A stretch of DNA of 21,488 nucleotides from Planctomycetota bacterium. Its GTDB lineage: Bacteria > Planctomycetota > GCA-002687715 > DRQF01. The position numbers and the translations under genes are program-made. The notes below the pieces were generated by a model. That model saw nothing but the letters and a program-made list of their open reading frames with translations, searched no databases and was not told where the DNA came from. Within the stretch, counting starts at the first letter, position 1; each line of letters opens with the position of its first letter. The stretch spans positions 1 through 21,488 of the forward strand of contig JAZGFI010000162.1 of assembly GCA_036479435.1 (NCBI GenBank), given 5' to 3'. Below, piece after piece: positions 7,472-16,400 of this stretch.

Positions 7472-10400
7472 TTAGTTGCTGCCACCACCGAGAAGGCCAC
7501 CCAGGCCGCCGAGGATGTCTTTTTTCTTCTTCTTCTTTTTCTTCTTCTCGTCCGTCTTCTTCTCGTCGGTCTTTTTGTCTTTCTTCTTGCCGCCCAACAG
7601 GCCGCCGAGTCCTTCGAGAATCCGATCCTTGGGCTTCTTTTTGCCGTCGGTTTTCTTGTCGCCGTCTTTGCCGCCGCCCAACAGACCGCTCAGGCCACTG
7701 GGCTTTTTGCCCCCCAGCAGATCGGAGATGCCTTTGTCGAGCCGGCTTTTGATGGCGCCTTCGATGAGTTTCGCCGGATCGGGAAGACGAAGACCGGGCG
7801 AACTCACATGGCCTTTTAGCCCCAGGGGCAAAAAGCCGTTAGAGGCCAAAATCGGGCTGAACTTATCCCATTCTTTGATGCGGCCCGGTTCGGGGCGGAT
7901 GCCGAGTTTGTAGTTCAGGTCGCCATTGAAGGCCGTCGAACCGCCAAGTTGAAGGTCGAGAGGACTTCCCTTCATGTTGAAGGCCTCTTGAAACACGGCG
8001 CCGTCGCGCACGGTGATGCCGGTTTGCAGCGCGTCAAAATCGAGGCGCGGCGGAATCTTTAAGAAACGAGCCAAGGTCGTCAGCAGGGGGCCGCCGACGA
8101 TGCTGCCTTTCGCCGAGCTGAAAGATCCGGTGCCGTTGAGGCTGTTCAGCAGGGTATCCTGGTCGAAGCTACGGCCCTTCAGCTTCATGTTGAGGCTGAC
8201 TTTGGTTTCTACTTTGGCTCCGATGCCCGCGAAAATGGGGATGACGCGCGCGATGGTCGGCTGGAATTTCTCGACAACATTGACGTCGCGAGCGTCGACG
8301 CTGAACTCGAGGATGGGCTCTTCGGGCCTCATGTCGAGGTCGAGACCGAGTGTGGCCGGGCCGCCGTTGACGGTGGCCGTACCACGGCTGAGTTTGCCCA
8401 CGCCGTTGGTCATGTTGCCTTGCAAATCGAAGGCATCCATGGTCAAACCACCGATACGAAGCTGGTCGATTTTGGCCAGGAGGCTGCCGGTCGAGCCCGC
8501 CCAATCGGCGTCATCGCCCAAGGGCATGTCGACGTCGAGGTTGAGTTGGCCGCGCCCCGAACCGTCGACGTCGTCGAAGTAAAGGGCCAGCCAGTTCTGC
8601 GCGAAGGCTTGCGGTTGCAGCTGCGATTGCGTCGAAAGCACGACGCGCTTGCCGGGGCGGTAGTTCATGCGACCGGTAGCGACAATGCCCGCGGCGGTCA
8701 GGTCGAGTTTCGTGACGTCCCAAGCTTGGGTCGCTTCGTCTCGCCGGCCTTTCAGCCCGAGTACGAGGCCAGAATTCATGCTCTGAAACTGACGTTTGTC
8801 GGTGGGGCGTATGCCCATGCGATCGCCGTTGACGCTAAAGTTGAAGCCGCCGTCGGCGTTGACTTGGCCGAGCACTTTCAAGTCCCCGCGAAGCGCTGCG
8901 CCATCTTCGGGCTCAAGCACGGCGTTTCGAAGTTCGGCGCGACGGATGTTGAGGTCCTGCAAGCCCTCGCTCATGACGAAGTCCAAATCGTAGTCGACGC
9001 TTTGGGCGCCAAGGGTTTGATCGCCCGCCAGTTCGCCCGACATATTGAGCTGGCTGGCGCGGCCCTTGCCGCTGAAGCGAAGGGCCTCACCCGTCACGAT
9101 ACTGCCTTCGCCGTGGAGTTCTCCCGCGATCCGGCCGGGCTTGAAAGCGGTGATCAAAGCATCGAGGTCCTGCAGGAAGCCGTCGATGCGGTAGGTCCAG
9201 TTGCCAACGCTGGTGTCGTCTTCGTTGGTAACCAAAGTGCCCTGAAGCTGAGCCTTGGTGCGCGCGGTTTGTAGATCGGCTTTGCGAACGACGAGCTTAT
9301 TTGAAGTTTGTTCGATGGCGAAGTCGACCCGCGATTGCGAAAGAGCCGAGGGCTTCATCGCCTCATCGAGGAAGGGACGGCTCAATTGGACGAGATCTGC
9401 CGTCCCGGCCAGGGCCAAGCGAAGCGAGCTGTCTTCGTCGTCGCCGAGTCTTTGGTTCATGCTGCCTTGGAGGCGGCAGACGCCGGAGTTGAGGATGAGC
9501 GAGTTGATGTCGAGGACGTCGTCGTCGCGATTCATCGTGCCCTTGGCGCGGAAGTCAATCTTGCCCAAGGAAAAAGGCCCATCGCCCAGCGCTTCATGGG
9601 TCAGATCTACGCGGTTTCCGGTGAGTGTGGTATCGAACCCAAGGCCTTCGGGGCGGCCATTGAGAGTGCCGACCAAGCGAACGCGACCCGAGGCACTTCC
9701 CGGCATGAGGTCGCCGACCAAAGCCATGATGTCGTCAAGATTGGCGTCGGCATTGATGTTGATTTGTCCCGTTGAAGCGCTGTCTTCCTCGCCCAGCTTC
9801 AAGCTTCCGGTCGCGCGCGCTTTCGCAAAGGACGCGTCGAGCCGGATGTCCTCAAGGGTGATGGTGTCGTCCAACATCGTGAGATCATGCTTCAGCAGAA
9901 CGCGGTCTTCGCTAAGCGGCGGCATGCCCTCTTTGAAGGGCGCGGCTCTTAGATTCATGACGGTGGTCTCGCCGCGGAGCGTGACTCGGCCGTCCGCAGC
10001 CGTGGTCAACTTGACTTTCGTTTCCAGGTCACCCGATAGGTCGCGCGGCTCTTGGCTCAGCTTGGCGAGGCGGTCCAAGGCGGCACGCAGGGTGAGATCG
10101 AAATTCCCTTTGAAGAACTTTCCGCTGTAGTCGATGACGCCCTCGGCATCCATATCGACAAGGTCGCCTTTGATCGTGGCGCTTTTGACTTCGAGTTTTT
10201 GATCGGGGTGAATCACGCCGTCTAAGCGGGCCACCGAAACGACGACGGGTTCGTCGAAACCCTCCATGCCCTTGGCTTCCGCGTCTTTGAGTTCGAAGTT
10301 CAAAGTTCCCGAGGGATTGGAATCAGTATCAAGTGCGAAGTCCGAATTCAGCGTGACCGATTGAATGCGGTGCCGCCCCGATTTGAACTTGTCCGCGAAA

Positions 10401-11218
10401 GCGAGGTTGCTGGCATTGAACGTGCCGACGATTTTCCATTGGCCGCCCTCGCGTGTGATGAGCTCGTCCATGGTGAATCGACCGCCGGCCATCTCCAGCC
10501 AGGGCGCCAAAGCGTCTTTGAATCTCCCCAAGTCGCCGTTGTCGCTCTTGATGCGGGCGCTGATGTCGACTTCGTCGCCGGTGCGTAGTTTGCGTCCGTC
10601 GAACAACTTGGCTTCGCCTTCGATAGAAATCGCTGGGTCTTGGATGGTGAAGGTCACCGGCTCGCCGGTCTTGACCTTGACGCGAATCTCCTGAATGGAC
10701 TCCACGCGGATCGGATTGGCGTAGGCCGGATCGTCGTAGATGATCGTGAGATCTTTGACGACCGCGTTGATAGCCAGTTTCGGCAATTCGCTGGCTTCGC
10801 CTGCGGCTTCTTCTTTCGCGGAGGATTTTCCCCGGCCGCTGCCGTCGCCCTTTGTCGGGCTCGATTTCTTGGTCTTAGGTGCCGAGCCCCGTTGCCGCAC
10901 CACGACCTTTTCTGCCCGCAGTTCTTCGATCTTGATCTCGCCGCCGAGCAAGGCCATGAGATTGGGTTTGGCCTCAAGACGTCCGATCTTGATGTCCGGG
11001 GCGTCAGCTGCGCGGCCATCGATCACAATCCCCTTGGCATCCAGGCCGGACAGCCAGCCAAAGGAGAAGTCTTTCACCTCGACGTGAGCATCCATGGAAG
11101 CCGACAGCTGATCCGTGACTTTGTCGCGAATGAAGCCGCCTGCGATGGTCGGTAGCAGGGCGATCACGACGACGAGCAATAAGAGCGCGATCAGGGTGTA
11201 CTTAATGAACTTTTTCAT
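7472..11218 (-). CDS. AsmA-like (bridge-like beta-taco) envelope protein
   Basis: 1248 aa; N-terminal TM anchor followed by an AsmA-like segment (VEVKDFSFGWLSGLDAKGIVI..PNLMALLGGEIKIEEL); repeated beta-strand pattern; AsmA-type C-terminus (LNGTGSFS..G..LGGSTAFNGDLNY). Confidence 0.8.
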   Translation of the reverse strand: MKKFIKYTLIALLLLVVVIALLPTIAGGFIRDKVTDQLSASMDAHVEVKDFSFGWLSGLDAKGIVIDGRAADAPDIKIGRLEAKPNLMALLGGEIKIEELRAEKVVVRQRGSAPKTKKSSPTKGDGSGRGKSSAKEEAAGEASELPKLAINAVVKDLTIIYDDPAYANPIRVESIQEIRVKVKTGEPVTFTIQDPAISIEGEAKLFDGRKLRTGDEVDISARIKSDNGDLGRFKDALAPWLEMAGGRFTMDELITREGGQWKIVGTFNASNLAFADKFKSGRHRIQSVTLNSDFALDTDSNPSGTLNFELKDAEAKGMEGFDEPVVVSVARLDGVIHPDQKLEVKSATIKGDLVDMDAEGVIDYSGKFFKGNFDLTLRAALDRLAKLSQEPRDLSGDLETKVKLTTAADGRVTLRGETTVMNLRAAPFKEGMPPLSEDRVLLKHDLTMLDDTITLEDIRLDASFAKARATGSLKLGEEDSASTGQININADANLDDIMALVGDLMPGSASGRVRLVGTLNGRPEGLGFDTTLTGNRVDLTHEALGDGPFSLGKIDFRAKGTMNRDDDVLDINSLILNSGVCRLQGSMNQRLGDDEDSSLRLALAGTADLVQLSRPFLDEAMKPSALSQSRVDFAIEQTSNKLVVRKADLQTARTKAQLQGTLVTNEDDTSVGNWTYRIDGFLQDLDALITAFKPGRIAGELHGEGSIVTGEALRFSGKGRASQLNMSGELAGDQTLGAQSVDYDLDFVMSEGLQDLNIRRAELRNAVLEPEDGAALRGDLKVLGQVNADGGFNFSVNGDRMGIRPTDKRQFQSMNSGLVLGLKGRRDEATQAWDVTKLDLTAAGIVATGRMNYRPGKRVVLSTQSQLQPQAFAQNWLALYFDDVDGSGRGQLNLDVDMPLGDDADWAGSTGSLLAKIDQLRIGGLTMDAFDLQGNMTNGVGKLSRGTATVNGGPATLGLDLDMRPEEPILEFSVDARDVNVVEKFQPTIARVIPIFAGIGAKVETKVSLNMKLKGRSFDQDTLLNSLNGTGSFSSAKGSIVGGPLLTTLARFLKIPPRLDFDALQTGITVRDGAVFQEAFNMKGSPLDLQLGGSTAFNGDLNYKLGIRPEPGRIKEWDKFSPILASNGFLPLGLKGHVSSPGLRLPDPAKLIEGAIKSRLDKGISDLLGGKKPSGLSGLLGGGKDGDKKTDGKKKPKDRILEGLGGLLGGKKKDKKTDEKKTDEKKKKKKKKKDILGGLGGLLGGGSN
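7475..7740 (-). repeat. Low-complexity C-terminal tail of the AsmA-like gene: poly-Lys, KKTDE repeats, repeated (G)LLGG motifs
   Basis: (TTC)n-rich tract at about 7520-7590 encoding KKKDKKTDEKKTDEKKKKKKKKK, with four LLGG units around it. Confidence 0.85.
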
Positions 11219-11726
11219 GACGAGCCATTCGAGTCGGTCTGAGTTTGGTGACGCGTTCGAGCGCGCCCTTCATGATAGGCACCGCGAGCCCGAACAGCCC
11301 AGGAATGCCGGTTAGGAAAAGTCCTAAGAGCGAGTGAATCGACCGTTCTGCTCTTGAAAGTGCCAAGTTGTGTCTTAGCAGAGAGCAATATTGTTGCCTT
11401 TGGTCGCATTTGCGTATTGCGTGAGATATTATTCGTATTTATATAGTAATAAAACCGGCGCGGATTGCCGCCCTTACGACTCTAGGGAATCACCCGTACG
11501 GTTCCCTAACTCCTTGCGAAAAACGACATTGCTATCCCGAAACAGTCTTGCGCTTTTCTTCTGGGCGAACAAAATGGCCGGAGTGCGAGACAGAGCGCAC
11601 GCGAAGTTGTTGCAAACCGAATGAGGCTTAGAGCCGCGGCCCTGGTTGTTCCAGGACTCCGAGGATTGTCGAGAAGCATTAGGTCTGCAGCATGGATCAA
11701 CGAAGACACCTTGAGGACTGATGATT

Positions 11727-13376
11727 ATGAGTCGATTCAGCTTTTACCCGGTTCTACTGGCCGTCTTCGCGATGGCCATCGCGTTGCCGGGTTGTCACAC
11801 CCAACAGAACCACCGTGGCGGCGATGCCATGGACACCGCAACTTCGCGTCACAGCGATGATGGCATGGCCGACACGGGCATGGACGATGGCGGCATGGCC
11901 GACACGGGCATGGACGACATGGGCTCTGGTGGAATGGTCATAGACAGCGGCCCGTCGGGCGGCACGCACATGGTCGGCGGCAATTGCGTCCGCACCCTTT
12001 ACATCCCTTCCGGCAGCCGCAACACCAGCACCGTGATGTTGGAAAAGCGCGCTCCCATCGAAGTGATGCTCGGCGTTCCCTTCGAGTACACCATCGCGGT
12101 CGGTAACCTGACCAGCGAAAAGCTCGAAGACGTCGCGGTCATGGATCGCGTCCCGAATGGTCTGACCATTCAGGATTCGACGCCCCCCTTCCAGCGCTCT
12201 GCCGATGGCAAGTACAGCTGGGTTCTTGGCGACGTCGCCGCTGGCTCGAGCCAGGAGATTCGCGTTCGCGCGGTCGCCAACTCGCTCGGCGAGCACAAGT
12301 ACTGCGCCGAAGTCTCCTACAACCAACTCGCTTGCTGCACCACGAAGGTCGTCGAGCCCAACATCACGCTCACCAAGAACATCACGCCAGCTGACGGCTT
12401 GGTGTGTGATCCCTACAGCTGCGTGATCACCGTGACCAACACCGGTACCGGTCCAGCCCGTGGCGTTGTCGTTCGCGACAACCTGCCCGCCGGACTCACC
12501 TCAGATGACGGCCGCAATAACCTCTCCTGGGATGTCGGCACGCTCAACGCGGGCGAAACCCGTGAAATCCGCTTCAACCTGAAGGCCAACGCCACCGGTC
12601 AGTACACCAACTCCGCGGAAGCTACTGCGGACGGTGGACTCACCAGCAGCGCCAGCGCCAGCATGACGGCTCGCAACTGTGAGCTCTCGATCACCAAGTC
12701 CGGACCGGACAAGATCTTTGGCGGCCAGCAGGCCACCTACGAGATCTCGGTGACCAACAGCGGCAACGCTGATGCCCGTGACTGCGTTGTCGAGGACATG
12801 CTCCCGGCCAACAGCACCTTCGTTAGCGCCAGTGATGGCGGTCAGAACGTCGGTGGATCGGTTCGCTGGAACGTCGGCGTTCTCCGCGCCGGTGAAAGCC
12901 GCAACTTCAGCGTCAGCGTTCGCGCTGGTAGCATCGGCACCATGCGCAACGTCGCTCGCGTGTCGTCTTACTGCTGCCCGCCGGCCCAGGCCGAAGCGGT
13001 CACCGAAGTTCGGGGTATTCCCGCGGTTCTCCTCGAGGTCATTGACCTTGAAGACCCGATTCCGGTCGGCTCTGAAGTCACGTACAAAATTCGCGTGACC
13101 AACCAGGGTTCGGCTCAGGACACCAACATCATCATCACCGTTAACCTCGAAGACACTTCGGCGTTCGTCACCGGTGGTGGCGCTACGAACCACAGTGTCT
13201 CGGGTTCGACCATTACCTTTGCGCCGCTGCCCTCGCTCGCCCCGGGTGGCGTTGCCGAGTGGACGGTTCGCGTCAAGGCCGTGTCGGCTGGTGATGTCCG
13301 CTTCGCGGTTCAAATGGACACTGACGAGCTCAGCCGTCCGGTGAACGAAACCGAAGCGACGAACTTCTACAACTAA
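11727..13376 (+). CDS. omcB: OmcB-like large cysteine-rich DUF11-repeat lipoprotein
   Basis: Lipobox-like LPGC; about 4 DUF11 repeats (YTIAVGN, ITVTNTG..VVVRDNLP, YEISVTNSG..VEDMLP, YKIRVTNQG); C-terminal 'DLEDPIPVG..YKIRVTNQGSAQDTN' parallels chlamydial OmcB. GAGG SD favours ATG 11727 (alternative 11721). Confidence 0.85.
   Translation: MSRFSFYPVLLAVFAMAIALPGCHTQQNHRGGDAMDTATSRHSDDGMADTGMDDGGMADTGMDDMGSGGMVIDSGPSGGTHMVGGNCVRTLYIPSGSRNTSTVMLEKRAPIEVMLGVPFEYTIAVGNLTSEKLEDVAVMDRVPNGLTIQDSTPPFQRSADGKYSWVLGDVAAGSSQEIRVRAVANSLGEHKYCAEVSYNQLACCTTKVVEPNITLTKNITPADGLVCDPYSCVITVTNTGTGPARGVVVRDNLPAGLTSDDGRNNLSWDVGTLNAGETREIRFNLKANATGQYTNSAEATADGGLTSSASASMTARNCELSITKSGPDKIFGGQQATYEISVTNSGNADARDCVVEDMLPANSTFVSASDGGQNVGGSVRWNVGVLRAGESRNFSVSVRAGSIGTMRNVARVSSYCCPPAQAEAVTEVRGIPAVLLEVIDLEDPIPVGSEVTYKIRVTNQGSAQDTNIIITVNLEDTSAFVTGGGATNHSVSGSTITFAPLPSLAPGGVAEWTVRVKAVSAGDVRFAVQMDTDELSRPVNETEATNFYN
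11862..11917 (+). repeat. Intragenic direct repeat (26-bp exact copies, 30-bp period) encoding GMADTGMD x2
   Basis: GGCATGGCCGACACGGGCATGGACGA at 11862-11887 and 11892-11917. Confidence 0.9.
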
Positions 13377-13400
13377 ATCTCCACCGAGATTTGTAGAACC

Positions 13401-13439
13401 AAAAGCGCCGCCGACCTTAGGGTCGGCGGCGCTTTTTTT
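13401..13439. terminator. Bidirectional intrinsic terminator
   Basis: AAAAGCGCCGCCGACC-TTAG-GGTCGGCGGCGCTTTTTTT between the convergent omcB-like and MMT genes. Confidence 0.9.
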
Positions 13440-13479
13440 GGATGGCAAGTCTCAGGGAATGAACGGACCGAAGGTTCGC

Positions 13480-16400
13480 CTAAAAGCGATCAAGCGCTGT
13501 GAGCGCGCGCTCGAATTCTTCCTCGTCAACCGATAAGACGAAGCGGCAATGCCCGGGTAGCCCGGTCCAGCGCCCGCCGTTCACCAACAACCCGGTGCGG
13601 TAAAACAGCGCAGTCGCGATATTATCTTCGTTAAGCACCCAAGTTTCGTCGCCTCCAGGCCCGAGGCCGCTTCGCGTTTGGCCCAACAGCTGTGAGGGAT
13701 GGGCCATGACGAAAAGGCCGCCCTCCGGGGGCAGCGGCGACCAACCGCGATCGCGAAGCTTCTCGACGAGGCGCTTAGCTCGCGAGGCCAGAATCTCTCG
13801 CTGTTTTTCGGTCGCTTTGAGTGCCGACTCGTTCACGTCGCCGCGGTTGACGTCCCCGAGGAACTGGTGCATCGCAAAGGTCAAAGTGTTGTGTGGTGGC
13901 GCGTAGGCGGCTTCAGCTCTAAGCGCCTGGCAATGAACGGCGGAGCTTGCCCAGGAGTAACCAAAGCGCAGACCGCCCGCGGCAAACTCCTTGGAGACGC
14001 CGCCTAAGACAATGAGGGCAAGATCGGGATTGGCCTTCAGGGTTGAAGCCAGATCGACGGGGAGGGCTGGAGGCTCGAACTCAAGACCCGAGAAGATCGT
14101 GTCAAGGACCACGGTGATCCTGAGACTGGCCGCCATCTTGAGGAGATCCGAAAGCTCGCCGCTGCCGTAGACCGCCCCGCTAGGATTGACGACCGGCGCG
14201 TTGAGGTAGAGCCAGCGCTTTGCATCGCCAGCTTCGCCGTCGACGGCCTTGCGAAGACTGGCCGTCTGGAGCTTGAAGGCGTGCTGAACGTCGGTGTCGA
14301 CAAAGTCGACCGGCAATCCCATGAAATCGGCTACGGCCGCGAAATAGCCGTAGCTACCACGGGGCAACAAAAGCCGGGCTCCCTCGGTGCGGGCGGCGCG
14401 CATCATCGCGGCAAATAGGGGCGCGACGCCCGATCCCAGGACGACCTCGTCGGGCGAGGCAAGCACCAAGCCCAATCGTCGCTCCAAGAACCTTGCGACT
14501 TCGGGCCGGGCATCCGCTTCCTCGTCGCTGAGGTGGCGGCGTGCGAAGGCTTCCAAGATCCGCTCGCGGAGGCGAGCGGGAGAGGGGAGGGCGTTTTCGC
14601 CGTAGTCGAGGCGTATCGTCGCCTCGCCCAAAGTCAGTCGATGCGAATCTAAGGCCGGATGGTCAAAGGCCCTGCGGCAGGCCGGGGGCAGATCTTTGGA
14701 TACGAGCTCGCCCTGCGGAAGCCGCCGATGGCCGGGGGCTTGCAATCGAGCGAGGCGAAAGCTCGAGAGGTCAGCGAGGATGCGCTCGTAGTAGGCCTGT
14801 GTGAGGCGAGGGGTCCGAGAATAGGTCAACTCGGCGGCATAGATCAGAGCTTGGGCTAAGGCCGCGTTCTCGGTGATCAAGAAACTGAGCTCGAGGGCCG
14901 GATAGACTTGGCCGCGATTGAGCGCACAAGTGATGCCCACGTGGGACGGCAAGGGCCCCGTTGCCAAAGACTTAAGGACACCGTCCAAGGCCGGACTGGA
15001 GGAAAGCTCGAAACTCTCCGAGATGTCGACGATCAACCGAGAGTTCAGCCGCTCGGAGCTCTCAAGCAAACGCCGAAAAGCGTTTGCCGAGCTGACCTCG
15101 CGACTGGCGAGCGCGGTGATGACCATGTCGGGCTCCAACTTTTCCATGAGCGCACAGACGAGATCGCTGCCGCGGGGGATCTCCAGCAGCTCGATCCCCA
15201 TCGTCGCCAAGCGTTGTACGAAGTCTTCGGGGAGGCCATTCAGCAGGGCTTGGTCACAGAGGATGCGTTTGGGTTCGTAGATCGTTGAGAGATTGAGCAG
15301 GGCGTAGCCACGGCTCGGAAAAGTTGTGAAGCAAGTGGGCGCCAACTCCGCCCGAAAGTAATGGGCAAAGTAATCAGAAAGCTGGCGTCGCAGCTCGTCG
15401 GACCCCGCCGTGTCTTCGTAGGGAAAGCAAATGTCTTCTTCCAGCGTTTCGCCGAGAGAAGCCAAGAACGAGCACTTCTCTTCGCTCTTAGCGGCGTCCT
15501 CGTAGGAAAGGTCGAGGGCGCCAGCGACGCGCCGAAAGGGCTCTTTTCGCAGCGTTGAGAAGATACGTCGGAGATCGATGGGGTGGCGCAGTTGCGCGCC
15601 GAAGACGGTGATCGCGTGAAAGATGTCGCCGCCGGCCCGGGCGTAGGCCAAGGCGCAGCGCGCGTCGATCGGCGTTTCGCTGTGAAGGTCGGAGAAAAAC
15701 TCGAAGCGGTGGCTGCTACCGTTTTCAATCTCAACGAGCGCTTCGATTTCGGTATCGCCAGCCTGTTGAACCCGAGTTTGCCAGACTTTCTGGACGGCGA
15801 AACCGCGGCGTTCGAAAAGCCGGCGCAAGACGGCTTCGCCCGGGCGGCCCCCCATGTTGAAGACGACGCGACCCTGTGGCCTGAGGATCTCAATCGATTC
15901 TTCAAGCACCCGAGCCATCAAGCCCAGCCCGAACTGATCCTCGACGTAGCCCTGGCGACCGCAATAGTTGCTCAAGGACAAAAGTGCCTCGTCACTGGCT
16001 TGGTCGCCGAGAGCTTGGAGACTCTCTTGGATGTCCGGGCTGAGGACCTGAGGGATGCAGCCGACCACGCGGTCGAGCCGGATGTCATGGTCGATGCAGT
16101 GTCCCAAAAGATCCGAAACGTGGAATTCGCAACGATCGAGGAGGCTTTTCCCCTCGCCGTCGAGCCTTAACTCGCCTTGGTCGTCGTAGGCATTCAAAAA
16201 CAGGTTCAGACGTGCGCAGAGAATGGCGCGGGGGTTGATGTCAAGCCCATAGACTTTGGCGGGACGAGTGCGTTGAGCCAGAGCCATGGACACCCAGCCG
16301 TTGCCACAACCAGATTCGGCGACCACCATGCGCTCAAATTCGGTCACGGGAATGCGGATGAGACCCTCATAAAAAGTGAAGGACCACTCCTCGGGGGCAA

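Noticed and set aside
7476..7913. ORF with a poly-Phe run
   Set aside because: Exact antisense of the poly-Lys AsmA tail.
11345..11370. TTGGCAC sigma54 -24-like element on the minus strand
   Set aside because: No GC at the required GG-N10-GC spacing.
11862..11917. Direct repeat as a CRISPR remnant
   Set aside because: Two copies only 4 nt apart, in frame within a CDS, and no cas genes.
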